This document shows positions 37,404 to 50,888 of a DNA stretch of 64,000 bases, piece after piece. Under the pieces are notes generated by a model. That model did not search any database. It was not told the DNA's origin and saw only the letters and a list, made by a program, of their open reading frames with translations. Source of the DNA: Phyllosticta citribraziliensis (lineage: Eukaryota); contig NW_027117340.1 of NCBI RefSeq assembly GCF_038025025.1, positions 1,116,001 through 1,180,000 on the forward strand, written 5' to 3'. Position numbers and translations under genes: made by a program. Each line of letters starts with the position of its first letter. Positions within the stretch are counted from its first letter, which is position 1.

Positions 37404-40400
37404 CTTGGGAAGGAGAGATCAAGGAGCATCGAAATTAGGCGACGGAAGAAACCTCGCTCGCTCGCGTGGGTGGTGCCGTACCGTGCACCGGTGCGTCGTC
37501 GAGCGTGGGTAAAAATGGGTGGGTGGGTAGAGTGGTGCTCGCGCGCCGGCCGGGGAGAGGATGTGGGCGGGTGGCGGACGGCGGCCCTCTCCGCATGGTG
37601 GCGTCGACGATGGGGGATGAGAGTGGTGTGAGGACGGGTGGCTGCGTGGCTGGCAAACATGTCCATGATTGTGGGCGTCGTGGTCTAGATACAGACTGGC
37701 GTGTTGCTCGTGGTTCATGCTGCTGCCCGCATAAAGTTGCCCGTACTCAAACGACACGTGCGAGCAGCGCAGTGGCATGGCATGGCATGGCGTGGCGTTT
37801 TCGAATTATCTCCGCTGGGCTCATCCCATCGCGGCTACATAGCACTGCTGTGAAAACATGTGGTCTGAACGGTGGTGGGTTGGCCAAGGGGGCTTCAGAG
37901 GCGCAGTGGTGATATCAGAATGACCCGTCTTCCCTGCTCTGGCAAGAATACGCAAGATGCGGGACGAGTCGATTCCCGGATCCGACGGCTGGATGATCTG
38001 CGCGCTGCACATCTATCCGTCCGTCTGCTTTCGTCCACGGTGAAAGACTTCTTGTATCGGGAATTCAACGCTGGGCAGGAGACAGCTCCGAGTTGTAGGG
38101 CGCCCTGATCCATCGCTGCGAGAAGAGGCAGGGAGGACGGCTCAGGCAAGCCCCAGGCCCGTGGTTTCGTCATGGTCCACGGAGCGGAAGGCGGGCGCCA
38201 GCACCACGATGCTGGGTTGATTCCATCGACATGACTTTCTTCAAACCGGCCAGCGTCTTGTCATCGCTCAGGGTCAATCAACGCGTATGACGGACATGTT
38301 CCGTGGCTCGCGGATTTAGTTGGGGTCAGTGTCCGAGCCAACATAGCTATCTATAAGCAGGAGCTCGGCAGAGGGCCTCGGCCTCTTCCCCGGCACAAAC
38401 CACCCGGCCGCCTCAGGACGCTCCATGCTCTTCCTCTCGCCGCTCACGCTCCCGCCGCCGCGGGGGACTGAGTTGGCCCGTTCAGCGCCTACGAACAGAC
38501 CATCTTTGCACAGACAACACGAAGGCGTGCTCCGTGAGACATCGTCGACGCTACGCGCGTGCTTCCTGCAGCAGTTGGAAGCGCGTTCCCAGTTAGCCGC
38601 GTTACGCTGCAGACGTTTCTCCGTGGACCATAGCAAGCGATGCTCATTATCTCTAGGCTGCGCAGGTGGTCGAGTGTAGATTGTTTTCCTCGCAGCACAA
38701 GTCCAAGTCCAGCGCCAATGTCGCAAAAGTCCGGATTCGCCAACCGCTGCTTGTGGAGCCAGACGTTTCAATGTCCTCTGCTGACCGCTGACAGCCGATT
38801 ATAAATCAGGGAGTGCTTGAGGTGCATACGGGTGCAGGGCGAAAACATCTCTCCGCCACACGTTTTTGTCTTATTTTTATTTTTCGTTTTCGAGGACAGA
38901 CAGGGAGTGCGAGTGGGACAGGGAGGACCCCAGTGCTGCAGCCATCAGAAATAGGAACCAGAACAGAAGTCGATGGGTTCTGGGGTTGGAATCTGGGTGC
39001 TGGTCGTTGACTGCTGAGAGGGGGATCCAACAGCCACAACTGCTGTAATTGGTCAACTTCAGGATCGCATCGTCTGCTGTCGTCGACGTACGACAAAAGC
39101 CTCCCTTGTCAAGCCCGCCCATAATTGATTCCCGTTGGTGGCTGGTTTGTGCATATCAAAGATGCCCAACAAAGCACCGAGACAAGGCATTTCGATGCGC
39201 AGTTGGAAAATCCCGCGACAATCGCTGAATGTACGAACGTACAAATCAAATCCACTGCTGCTGGTCAAAAGTCAATTAAACCATGACGGCAGCCTTGTAA
39301 CTTGGTCTAATCGTGCCTGTGCTCTACCGGCATTTGCGGGTAGACCAGAAAGATGTGCAGTTCTAGAGCGAATAGTGGTCAAGTTCGGGCTCTGCCGCTG
39401 CGGGACGGCGCACATCTCTACCTCTTCTGGGTTGGAGTTCAAGAGTAACACGTGAGGTTGTATCTGTGCCCTGCCTCAAGAGACACACCGTTACATCCTA
39501 CGGATGTCAGCCGTTTTGGCGCTTGCCAGCGTCAGGGCACGGTGTTGTTTCTTCAATAGGGTTTGATATAGGAGATCCATCTTCAGCAGCAGTCAAGCCA
39601 CGAACTCTGCACGACGTCAAACATGGTGTTGATGATGCAACTCGAAAGGGCGCGGCAGAAATACGGACAAGCGAAGAGGGACTGGAGATCGAAACCCTGA
39701 CGTGACCAGACTCCAGGCCGACTCCACAGTCACCCTATATTCGGGCTTGATGGTGGATTCCAGCTTTTTGTCGGAGCGCCCAGGGCTCGTGAGACCGGTT
39801 TTTGCCGTATTTTACTGTCTGCCAATCCTGAGGGGCGTGAGGCGAGAAGTGAAACGAATCATGTTGACAGATCCCGACGTACTCGCTTAGTCCAGGATCC
39901 TGGCTGGGTGCATGGCTTTGGTGGACTTGAGTTGGGCACTATTGCGCCGATCGGTCAGTGCTCGGCAATGGTAGGCCTGTTTCCGTGTCAGTGCCGCATG
40001 GCCGCAGAGCTCTCTCGCTTCGCTTCTTGTCGTCTCTCCAGCGAACGGGTAACGTTGTCCGGGACGTAGCCAGACTCTACCCCCTGAATGACTTGCAGAT
40101 GATCTGCTCAGAAAAAAGACGTCTGAAAGTGGCTTGTTTGCTCAACGCCGGTGTTTCGCTTTGCCGGCGTCAGCCAGGGGCAACTTGTATGGAAACTTGC
40201 GTAACTGAAAGCAAGGGGGACTTACGACTTCTTGTGAGAGGAGCGCAAAGGGGCGTGTGTGTATATATTGCCCTGCCGAACGCGGAAAGAGGGCTTGCAG
40301 GATAGGAAAGAGTCGCACGTAGACGCGGCAGCTATTTTGCAAATCCTTCGTGTGCTGCCAATACAGCGCTGCACTTCTTGCTATATTTGTCTTGCAAGGC

Positions 40401-40490
40401 CCCTTCTCTAATACTCTCTCGGCACTACTACATGTTGACGCTTGCTCTTCCAATCCCAGCCGCTCATTCATTCATGGTGGGCATGAGTCG

Positions 40491-41141
40491 TTATTGGCAG
40501 GTAGAGAGCATCTTTCGAATGACGCCCATGAGGGTACCGTTTTCCAGGGCCGCGGCAACTCTTTCCTTGTCGCCGAGTTGCTTGTTCACGGCTTCGTCTG
40601 TGCTGTGGGTGCCCTTTTTGATCCGCACGTCTACGCGAAAGCGGGGTGGTAGCGCCTGCTCCAGACGTACCCGCACGCCCAAGCCAATGACGGTGGCGAG
40701 TGAGCAGTGGGTGATGGTCGGGGTGATTTCCACGACGACGGTGCTAATGGGAGACTTGGGGGAAGATGGGGGAAGGATGTGAATATCTGGAAGATTGACA
40801 ACGGCAAGTGAACCTAGAGATAGAGGGTGCTCAGGGTCTGAGATGGATGAGATGAGATCTGGGACGAGTGCGTCAGCAACCGGACTTGAGATGACAAGGG
40901 GGGCCGGAGGCGTACCATAGATTTCCTGCTCATCGATATCTTGCACCGAGTCGTCGTCAGAGTCGGATGACGAGAGGGGCTGGTCAAAGGGATCGCTGAG
41001 ATGGGTGTAGTCCGGAATGAGGTTGTCAAACAGGCCGACGCCGGCACCCTCGCGGTTCTTGACGGTCGACTCTCGACGTCGCGAGGGGAGGTCAGAGGGG
41101 TTCAAGATGGTGGGGTTCGCATTATCCTTGTCGGGATCCAT
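40491..41141 (-). CDS. CIA2: Cytosolic Fe-S assembly protein Cia2/MIP18 (FAM96B)
   Basis: NANP, EIY|DLISSISDPEHPLSL, TPTITHCSLATVIGL, GTH, NKQLGDKERVAAALEN; intron 40915-40859. Confidence 0.93.
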   Translation of the reverse strand: MDPDKDNANPTILNPSDLPSRRRESTVKNREGAGVGLFDNLIPDYTHLSDPFDQPLSSSDSDDDSVQDIDEQEIYGTPPAPLVISSPVADALVPDLISSISDPEHPLSLGSLAVVNLPDIHILPPSSPKSPISTVVVEITPTITHCSLATVIGLGVRVRLEQALPPRFRVDVRIKKGTHSTDEAVNKQLGDKERVAAALENGTLMGVIRKMLSTCQ

Positions 41142-42532
41142 TTTGCGAAGGCTGGTGAGTGTCCAGAATCGCAGAGACGTGAGATGATGTCTCGAGCAAC
41201 CTTGAATGAGAGGAGGATGTGCAAGGCTCTTGGCGCGGCGGATCGGAAGAACAAGAGGGCGGCGGAAAAGCACCGCGGGCAGAAGCCTGAGGCGAACTAA
41301 GCCAACCTGCCCGGAACCCAGCCCAATGGCAACGTCTCGACCCACCCGCAGAGCAGCGCAGCAGATCGCACAGAAAACAGCGAAATCGCCGAGACAGCCC
41401 AACGCCAGGCTGCGCAACGAACGCCAACGATCTCCCTTCGCTACCACTTCCCGTCAACACAGGACGCGGGGAAGAGCGTGGCAGAGAGACGTCGGCCGCC
41501 GACGTTGGCGCAGGTGGAGGCCATCTCGACGTCGCCCTTTTTTTTTTTTTTTTTTCCTTCTTCTTTTCCTTATTCGCCTCTCGTCTCGTTTCGAGCAGAC
41601 GTCACAGTCGAGCTGATTGGATGACAGATGGCCCCCATCAACGTCTTGTATACACGGCTGTCTGGTCAGAAGATCACTTTCACACACATGGCCCCATGCT
41701 TTTGCCAATGCATTGCCGCCGCAGGGTTACCTCGTTCGCTTCGCTAGGACCACATGCGGCATAGTGGCTGATGCAGCATGCATACCACCATCAAAACTCG
41801 GCTTGGCTTGACTGTCTTGACGACGACGACTCTGCTGCACACGACGACTGCTGTTTGCGACTCGGGTCAGGCACGGCGCGCCCCCGCAAAGCAGAAGGTA
41901 GTCGGTCGACCAGGCGGCTGACTCGAGCCCGAGATCGTCGATAGAGAGGATCCCCTGCAGGCCAGGCACGCGGCCATCGCCGAGCCGCGCCCTCCCCTGT
42001 CAGGGCTCTGTCGTCGAACCAAGGCCCCGGGAACCGTTTCATGATTCTTCTTGAGCAGGCGCCGGACGTGTGGTTCTTTCACCCGCATGGCAGCAAAAAG
42101 GAAACAGAAGGTGATGGGTTGGCCACATACGTGCGTTGTCGGGCGGGAAGAGCCGCCTCATCAAAAGCCTCGTACTCGGGCTGACGTTGGTCTGTCTCGA
42201 GAGCGTCCTACTCGGCCAAAAAACGTTTCAGAAGGTCCGGGCAGGCTTCGAGTCGACGAGGCGGAGGGCGCCGACGACGGGTGGGCACCGTCGGCTAGCA
42301 GCCTCTTTGTATAAAGGACTAGTACATGGTGTATGTGATGGCATTGCAGTTCGGGTTGCGCGTCTCAGGTCGGAGAGGGCCATGGCATGGGGCGGGAGCA
42401 TGTCGGTCATTACCGAAAGAGCGGAAAGGTCGCCTCTATATTGGCGTTCCTGCATTCATGGCGAGGTGGACGACAAGGCTGACGAGTTGGAATCTGACAG
42501 CGCATGCATGATTATTTGTGTGGTTGATGGTC

Positions 42533-42534
<2 letters not shown>

Positions 42535-42563
<29 letters not shown>

Positions 42564-42815
42564 GCATATTCGAGTGGCCGGCGAATCGGCATTGTGGAGG
42601 CGTGGTGTGGGGCGTCAGGTCTCTCCCCTCCCCTCGGCAGGTTGATGTTGCGGCGCAGCGCGCTGAGCTGAGTCGGGGGGAGGGGGGAGAGAGAGGGAAG
42701 AAAAAAAAAAAAAAAAAAAAAGCGACTGTTAGTGATGCTCAGGTAATTCATGCTGCTTGCTTGCTGCAGGCCGACGTGCGTACAGACACAGACAGACAGA
42801 CAGACAGACAGACAG
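42535..42815. repeat. Simple repeats (GA)n, poly-A, (GACA)n in the CIA2/transcription-factor divergent intergenic region
   Basis: (GA)n ~42535-42562, A-run ~42701-42721, (CAGA)n ~42790-42815. Confidence 0.8.
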
Positions 42816-43440
42816 CGAAGTCGGTCCAAACTTCGTTCCAGTGGCCACCGCCACGCCACCAGGGTTATCGTCCGTCCGTCGACGTTTGAGTTTCCACCGT
42901 GCATTTGTGCTTGGCGCCTGACTCTTGTTCGCTGTGAAGGTATCCCCACTCTCTGGTCCAGTCCAGTCGAGTCTCCCTGCCTGCGGATGGAAGCCAGCTT
43001 CTCTGTGCCGCTGGACCAGGCGTCTGCGCGCTCCTGATTCCTCGACCTCCGCTCCCCGTTGGCGGCTCCACCCTTCATCTCAATGCGCGTGGATCGCTTG
43101 CCGTCGCTTCTCGCTCAGCCCTCCCGTCACATCCTACTTACACGCAACATTCCCGTCACGTCTGCCACAAAGACAAAGCCAGACCCAAGTCCGCCTCCGA
43201 CTCGACGCGGCTTCGTGGCGGTGATCACTGCTAGTCCCTCGGCCACCCACTCCACTCGTACCTAGCTAGCTGCCCACCGCTTACCGATTGGCGCCCGCCG
43301 TCTGCATCTCCTCAGCTTCTCCCGCATTCAGCAATCCTCCGCCGAAAATTCACCTCCGCCTCGCCCTGCCCGCGCCAACCAAGCTCCAGGCCAACGGCGT
43401 CGGCCCACGACCTATTTCCAACAACACCGGCCGCTGAGAC

Positions 43441-46400
43441 ATGGCCGGCGAGTCCACCGCAAGGCCGCTCCTGCCCCAGATTGCACAGATGCAGAACTTT
43501 CCTTTTGCGCCGCCCTCGCTGGCTCCGCGCGAGAACCAGCGCAGTACGCCTGCCCGACTCCATCTGAAAAAATAATTGTCAACTAACCCCAACTGCCAGA
43601 CTATGTCTTTGTCGATGAGCACAATCGCCACAAGCGCCTCAAGGGTAAGCTCCTCTTGTCCCCTCTCCTTTATTGCCGCGTGCCCTGGCTCACCAAAATC
43701 CCCCAGTTATGCGCGCTTGTGAGGGATGTAGAAGACGCAAAATCAAGTGCGATGCTGCCACCACCAATTCGTGGCCCTGCGGAGCTTGCGTCCGTCTCAA
43801 GCTCACCTGCGTTCCGCCAACTGTGAGCTACGAAAACAAGGACCTCGCTTCGGGCTCTCAAACGTACGAAGGGAGCCATGACCAGCAAGATCAGACTTCA
43901 TCTTTCCACAGCGTACCCCTTCCCAGCGACTATCCAAGGCACCACTCGATTGCGCATCCGGGAATGGCTGGCGATGTCGGCCCAACCTTGGGGCACCCCA
44001 TTCAAGCGACGTACGCGGATGCTGCTCGCATCTACCAAACCGCACCCTACGCCATGCAGGCTCCCCCGACCCAGGAGAACATGCACTATGGAGCGATGCA
44101 ACCAACTCCGCTCCCGAGCTCTGAGCAACTCAAGTACCAGCATCAACCAATGCAATCTCAGACCATGTATCCGCTCCAGCAGCCCGCGCCCATGGCAGCT
44201 CCGGCGGAGCCTGAACCTGTGTGGCGAAACAACCTCGAGACCTCACAGCTCACCGACGCTCTGGGAGAACTCAAGATTGACCACACAGCCGTCGGTAAGC
44301 CTCAATTTCGAATTTCCTTGTTTTGTGCCAGTTCTGATTTGCAAAAGCGCCCTACATCGCCAACCAGAAGAAGTCCTTGGCAAATGCTCCGGCAGTTGAG
44401 GAATACGAAGTGCAGCTTCCCGAGGACCACAATCCCGACATGACAATCAGGATTCCACCAGACATGATGCCGTCTGATCAGCAAGCTCTCGAATATTTCG
44501 ACTACTTCTTCAACAATATCCATCCTTACGCTCCGGTCGTTAATCGTCACTTTTTCTACCAACAATGGAACACCAACCGTCAAGCAATCTCGCCCCTGAT
44601 TTTGGAAGCCATCTTTGCTTGCGCATCTCTGATGCTCGGAGACCAACACCAGGGAAACAAGTGGCTTGCGCTCATGTCGAGTCAGTATTTTGATTCTAAT
44701 TGGAAGAGACTGGAGAGCTGACTTGAGAACAGAGCACGAGGAAAGCTTCAAAGATGTCCCTCGACTGAGCACCATCCAGGCCATGATTCTTGGCCTCAAG
44801 GCCCGCGAGGCTGTTCCAAAGCGCGGCTATTTTTACCGGTCATGGATGACCGTAGTCAACTGCGTGGTCATGGGCAAGGATCTCGACTTGGACACTCACT
44901 TTGAGCAGCATCAGATGGGCAAGCCCTGCGGGTCTTCCTCTCAAGAATGCATCACCAAGACAAGAGTATGGCACCTTCTTTTCCAACTCGAGGTCATGGT
45001 TGGTGGTCCTCAGGGTAAGTTTAAGCACATTCTATTTGTCCAGCGCTTGCTAATGGACCTAGGACGCACGGATTTTGGGGTTCAGGAAGACACTGTTGAT
45101 TTCAACGTTCCACGCCCCATGTCAAGCCAGGACGACGTGGAGAACACCCTTTCTCGTCAGTTTGCCTACATGTTGCGAATCGTCAAAAACGTCAAAAAGA
45201 CGACCGTACTCCATGGAACCCTGAGAAAGAAGACCAAGGATTGGGCGGTTGACCCGGAATTCGTGCAACTCAACGAAGGCTACGCCGCGTGGCTGCGAGA
45301 CCTCCCGCGCGATTTACAGATTGGATATCCTGAAGATGGCTCGGCCCCGTGGATTCCTTCGCACTATCTTGCAAACATGCACAGCTACCACTACCTGGGA
45401 ATCATCATGCACCACAGGCCGCAACTACATTTTTACCATGAGAATTTCAACCCCGTGTGGAAGCAGCACATGCTCCTGTGCTACTCTGCAGCCAAGAGCA
45501 TGTGCCGGCTCCAGGAGGCCATTCTTCACAACTACGGTCTACCTGGACTGCTTTGCATGCAACGTGGCATCAGCTTCACGATTTATGCGGTGCTGACCTG
45601 CACCATGCTCCACCTGGTAAGTTGATGGCGACGTCCTGAAATCATTTCGGGTTCCTAATTCTGTCGTAGGTTGCTATCACTTCGCCAGACCCAGAGCTCA
45701 ACAGCGATGCCCGGGATTACTTTGTACGCCACATGCGTATTCTGGAGCAATGCATGTCAAGCTGGCCCATGCCGGAGGTGCAAGCGCAAGTCAACAACCT
45801 GCGAGAGGCCTTTTCTGCGGACACGGCCAAACCATTCGAGCTCAAGCCATCATTCCCGTTCGGCAGCCCCTCCGTCCACAACAACCCGAGTCCGATCAGC
45901 GACGGTGGCTACCGTCACCGAGGCTCCGCCCAAGATCCTTCCCTCGAGCAACCAGGTCAAGTCAACTATACTACCCATCCTATTTCGCCACCGATCTCGT
46001 CGAGCGACTCGGACCCCAAGGCTGACTCTCCCGTAGGAGTCCAGTCGCTGGTCATGATGGCTGCGGGTCAAAGGCAACCTCAACCACAGGCATCAATGCA
46101 ACCCCAGGAGCCCGTTCAATGGAATCCGGGTAGGATCTTCGAGTCAGTATACATTCGTTCTCATTTGAAAGTTTCTGCTAACTGGCCTTCAGTCAATGGA
46201 ATGCAGCCTTTGGTACGCCCCCTCCAAATACAGCATCCCACACCTCTCCTCCTCTAAAACCGGCGCCGATAGGATCATCCTACGAGCTCCGGACACCACA
46301 GCAAGAAACACAACAGCCAAACTTCTATCAAGCTTCCAGTGTCTCGCCGCACACCCAGCAAGTTCCAAACATGGCAACGCAATTACCACCGCCAGTATCC

Positions 46401-46547
46401 TATTCGGCTCCAACTCAACCTTATGTCACACCGAGCATGTGGCAAGATGTCGTTGCCAGCTCATTTAGCGATGGCTCCTTGAAGCGGAGGTGGAACGACT
46501 ATGGGTCGCACGGCATCATGGACCAAGTGTCGAAAAGATCCAGGTGA
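43441..46547 (+). CDS. Zn(II)2Cys6 transcription factor with fungal-specific middle homology domain
   Basis: RACEGCRRRKIKCD....PCGACVRLKLTC; YFFNNIHPYAPVV; RLSTIQA. Seven introns: 43544-43599, 43645-43706, 44295-44347, 44681-44732, 45015-45062, 45617-45669, 46143-46192. Confidence 0.92.
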
Positions 46548-48587
46548 ACGGAATGAAGCTATTGCTTCGCCACAAAGGTTTCAACCACATCGATCGACCA
46601 AGTGGCACCATTCAAACGTCAGCGCACCGCCAATATCCGCATCCCACCCGCTTCAAGAAGGAGGCGACCCGCGGAATCCAATCCGAGCGCCAACAGGCCG
46701 TACTCGTGCGATCCGCTTACTCGACTTTGATCCGTCACATCACGGCAAGATTGTCTCACAACGCCTCATGAAGCTTCATTTCGGATACTCGAGCATTCAA
46801 ACTCAACCAAGACGAGGTCCCAGTACTTTGACTACGACACATGCAAGATTGAGAAGAGAGACTGCCAATGCTGGCATCTGTGGCAAGGCTAGTGATTGGC
46901 GTCCTTGATCCATTACATTGCGACCTGTAACTATTTCGCCACGCATTTTGGCGCCGAAGGTTTCGGTTGAAAAGTCCCGCAAAAACGATTCATCGGACAA
47001 TACCGCTTAGGAGTAACAAGGGATAGGCTTGGGTAGGTAGATGGTTTGTCGTTATACTTCCTCTGCCCAATGGGCAGCAGCATGTTTTTCAGATTTGAGA
47101 TCTTTGGGTTGCGGACTTTCGGAGTCGGAGTCGGCGTCGGCGTGGTAGAGGTGCAAGGGAAACAGAAGACGGCCACACTCAAGATGCATGTCGAGTCTTT
47201 TTTTCGGTTCAGAATTTTTTGAGTTTTTTCCTTGCTCGGCTTCGCGTGCACAAAGAATGCGGATCAAACCGCCAAAGTGTCCAGCCCTTTGCACACCGTT
47301 TGTACAGCATCTATCAGCATTACGTTATACTCGTACCTCGTTTCGATCTTGTTTGCTACATAGACCCCAGCCAGCGGGAAGGCGTATGTGGACCGCAAGG
47401 GGCTCTGATCTGACATGGTTCATTGGTCTCGAGTGGGGGTTGTTTGTTTCTACTCCTAGCCAGCAATAGCACCGTGGCGGCAGAACATGGCACTCCTTGG
47501 CTGCTGCTAGGGCCCGGACCGTACATACGGCTGCAGGTTCTTTTTTTGTGCGTTGACTATACCCCTTCATCCGCAAATGGAAAGTTTGATCAACCAGAAA
47601 TGAGCCACAAACGATGCAAGACGAATTCCCATTGGTCTATATGCAGAGCTGCCTGACGTCACTTGTCAGTCTACGGTGGCTAGCGTTGGAGCACTCGAAC
47701 TTGGGTATTCGGAGTTTGGGTCCTCCCGTCCGTCAGGGAGGCTTAGACAAGGTTAAACTGTGCCCATTGCACGCGGACCGTCCGCAGCTAAGTTTTTCTC
47801 GATTGCAGCCGAGGTGCCCGTCTGGCCGGTCCCTTGACGCTGGGTGGCGGCCACGGCGACCCCGGCCGCGGGCGGTCAAACCGTCTGTCTGGCCTCAACG
47901 GCGGCTCTTTCGGACATGGAGGCCCTGGGTATATCGATTCAGCTCCCAAACTGACAAATGATTAGAAATTCCCCGCGTCGGCCTCATTGATTTTGCGCCG
48001 TTGAGTGGCTGATGCCCTGGCTGATCTGCTCGGACCCGCGTCGTTGGCATGGCCGACACCTGCTCATGGTCGTGATGGCAAACGCGCGCGACGTCGCTTT
48101 CAATCTGGAGGCAATAAAGTCATTTTGATAGCCGGACTATTTTTACAGCTGCGTCCGCATGTCGTTTCTTTTTCCGCGCCAGCAGCAATTTCCGATGAGC
48201 CTGAACAGCCACCAATCGAAGTGACGCGTCTGGCCGCTGTCAGATGGTGACGAATTTCCAGATGTAGTTCGGGCTTTGAATTGTGCAACTGCGGCTCAAG
48301 AATGCCCCGAGCAGCACTTTGTGTTGCTCGAGCATCTCGGCATCGTCATGGACAGCTTGGACAGCCAATAATTAGTAAAACACTGTTCTGGCTGTGGTGT
48401 ACTGAGAAACAAAGCGTCTCTATTCATCCCTGTCAGCTTCCTAAAACGGAAACAAGCATTACCTGACCGCCCGCGATTCTGCCGCCACTTTTTTGACTTT
48501 TGCGCCGCGTCTTCTTTTCGCAACACCATATCGCAACCCCTCACCATCTTTTGACCCTCCGTCACACTGCGAGTCGAGCCGGGCGCC

Positions 48588-49799
48588 ATGGCAGACGCGC
48601 AAACTCAGCCACCCCTCAAATTCACGGGCGCCAAATACCTCACCCAACGCCTTGTCCTTGCAACCCTCACCGGCCGTCCCATCCGCATTTCCCAGATTCG
48701 CAGCAAGCACGCCAACCCCGGCCTGCTCCCGCACGAAGTCTCGTTCATCCGGCTCCTTGATTCGATCACCAATGGCTCCACGATTGAATTCTCGTATACG
48801 GGAACCACGCTAGTCTACCGGCCTGGTCTCATCACTGGCTGTGCGCCGGGCCACGGTGCCAACATCCACGGTGTCATCAAACATGAAATCCCGAGAGAGT
48901 GTACGCGCGGCGTCGCCTACTATCTCATCCCGCTCTGCCTCCTAGCGCCCTTTTCCAAAGAAAAGATCAATGTCTTGTTCTCGGGACCCGGCGTCATTAC
49001 CTCGTCAACACCAACAGGCGACGTGTCGGCCGACACGGTGCGCACCGCCATACTTCCGCTGTACCGCCAATTCGGTATCCTGGCCAACATGGAGCTGAGA
49101 ATCTTGCGGCGGTCGAATCCGGGGCCCGGCGGACGCGGCGGTGGCGGCGAGGTCCAGCTGCTCTTCGGGCACCAGGTGCGACTTCCAAAGACCATCCACA
49201 CACTTGCTCCCGGCCGTGTCAAGCAGATTCGTGGCGTGGCGTACGCGACGGGTGTCACCGGTGCCAACAACGCGCGCATGATCGAGACCGCTCGTGGCGT
49301 CTTGAACGAGTTCGTCCCTGACACTTATATCTTCTCCGACGTGAGCTCGGCGCCGCTCGTGCCCGCGCCGACAAACGACAACCCGAGCGCCAAGAAAAAG
49401 ATTGGCGTGGGCTTTGGTATAAGTCTGGTCGCTGAGACGTCGACGGGCGCGCTATTCTCAGCCGACGTAGCCAGCCCGCCGCAGGGAGGCGAGCCGCCGG
49501 AGGACGTGGGCCGCAAGTGCGCCTACCAGCTGCTGGATAACATTGCCACGGGCGGCTGCGTGTCGAAGCTTGCGGCGCCGACAGTGTTGACGCTCATGGC
49601 CATGGGCTCCGAGGACGTAGGCCGGTTGCAGATGGGCAGAGACGTTGTGGGCAGCGAAGAGATTATCCAACTAGGACGAGACTTGAGGGCGTTGGGAGGC
49701 ACAGGTTGGGGGTTGAGGGACGCGGGCAATGAGGAGGGGGACATTGTTGTCAGTGTCGTGGGACGGGGGGTCGGCAATGTTGGCAGGAAGATTGCATGA
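48588..49799 (+). CDS. RCL1: RNA 3'-terminal phosphate cyclase-like 18S rRNA biogenesis protein
   Basis: RLVLATLTGRPIRISQIRS..NPGL..HEVSF.RLL..ITNGS, PG.V..IRGVAY, PED.G, C-terminal G.G..N..RKIA; intronless. Confidence 0.93.
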   Translation: MADAQTQPPLKFTGAKYLTQRLVLATLTGRPIRISQIRSKHANPGLLPHEVSFIRLLDSITNGSTIEFSYTGTTLVYRPGLITGCAPGHGANIHGVIKHEIPRECTRGVAYYLIPLCLLAPFSKEKINVLFSGPGVITSSTPTGDVSADTVRTAILPLYRQFGILANMELRILRRSNPGPGGRGGGGEVQLLFGHQVRLPKTIHTLAPGRVKQIRGVAYATGVTGANNARMIETARGVLNEFVPDTYIFSDVSSAPLVPAPTNDNPSAKKKIGVGFGISLVAETSTGALFSADVASPPQGGEPPEDVGRKCAYQLLDNIATGGCVSKLAAPTVLTLMAMGSEDVGRLQMGRDVVGSEEIIQLGRDLRALGGTGWGLRDAGNEEGDIVVSVVGRGVGNVGRKIA

Positions 49800-50139
49800 G
49801 ATGTGATGTTTTGGTTTGTATGCATATACGGATGGACGGATGGCAGACAGGCGTTAGGCGGATGGGAAAAAGCCCTTGCATTGAATATACCCTGCTTCTT
49901 TTTTTGGTTCCTCCACAATCCTAGATTACTCGTCCATGAAGGCTTGAGGCATGTGAACCTGATCGCACGCGAAAGCGGGCAAGGACATATCCGTTGTTGA
50001 TTGGAATTGGCGGGAGGTTGAGCTTTCCTCCATGAGACCCATACTCGCATCATGAGTTTTGCGATTCATCGCGCGTGGTGGTAGATGACATTGAAGCTGC
50101 ACGAGAGAACCTGGAACTTAGATCAGGGGGTGCTCTTCG

Positions 50140-50283
50140 AGGGACAGGGTGGATTCAGACATTGGTAAAAATTGGAGGGCGGGTTCAGTATTTTGGTCGA
50201 AATGAGAGTGTGGATTTTGTAACTTTTTCACAATTGAGGGTGGATTCAGAAATTTTTTCAAAATTGCAAGATGGATTCAATCC
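50140..50283 (+). repeat. Degenerate tandem repeat, about 5 units of 30-31 bp
   Basis: GGATTC/GGGTTC/GGATTT cores at 50151, 50181, 50212, 50242, 50273; approximate consensus ATTG.AGGGTGGATTCAG.AATTTTTTCAAA. Confidence 0.7.
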
Positions 50284-50888
50284 AGATGGATGGTGTTGTC
50301 TTGGTGAAAGTTGCATCGATACATGTATGTACTGGTGCTGCTTAATTCAATGAATTTACGCGCAAATTCACCGAATTTGTGCACAAAATGAGGGCGCGAA
50401 ACACGCTTTCGCGGCGCGTGTCGGCGGCGCGTCTTCCACGCCTTACTCACCAACCCAACCAACCCGCACGCCTGCACGCCTGCTCGCCCGCATTCGTCGA
50501 CAGGTTGGAAGTGGGACATTGGCGCCTCTTGGTCTGTCTGTTGCTGGCAGGTAAATTGAGTTACGGCCAGAGAAGAGCAGTCACCCAGCTCCGTCACTCC
50601 AGCCGCGCGAGCCGTGGCTTCACCCCGCCTCTTACAGAATCAACCTGGCGGAGTTTTCTCCCAGTCTTTTCCGCTACTCTGCCAAACGAAGCTGCGTCGC
50701 GGGCAGTTCGCCTCGCCGCATTTCCGTCGCTGGCTAGATCCCGCCTCCCTGGCGTCCTCACCCACCATCCTGGAGCCGAGACATTGGATTGGAGCTAGGT
50801 ACCTTACAGTACCTTACCTAAGTACCTGCATTCGGCTAGTAGCAGAAAGAAAGTGAGGCAGGTGCAGACTGCGGAACGGCTGCCGAAC

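Noticed and set aside
50140..50283. CRISPR-like interpretation of the 30/31-bp periodic repeat
   Set aside because: Eukaryotic context, degenerate 12-bp cores, related rather than unique spacers, and no cas genes.
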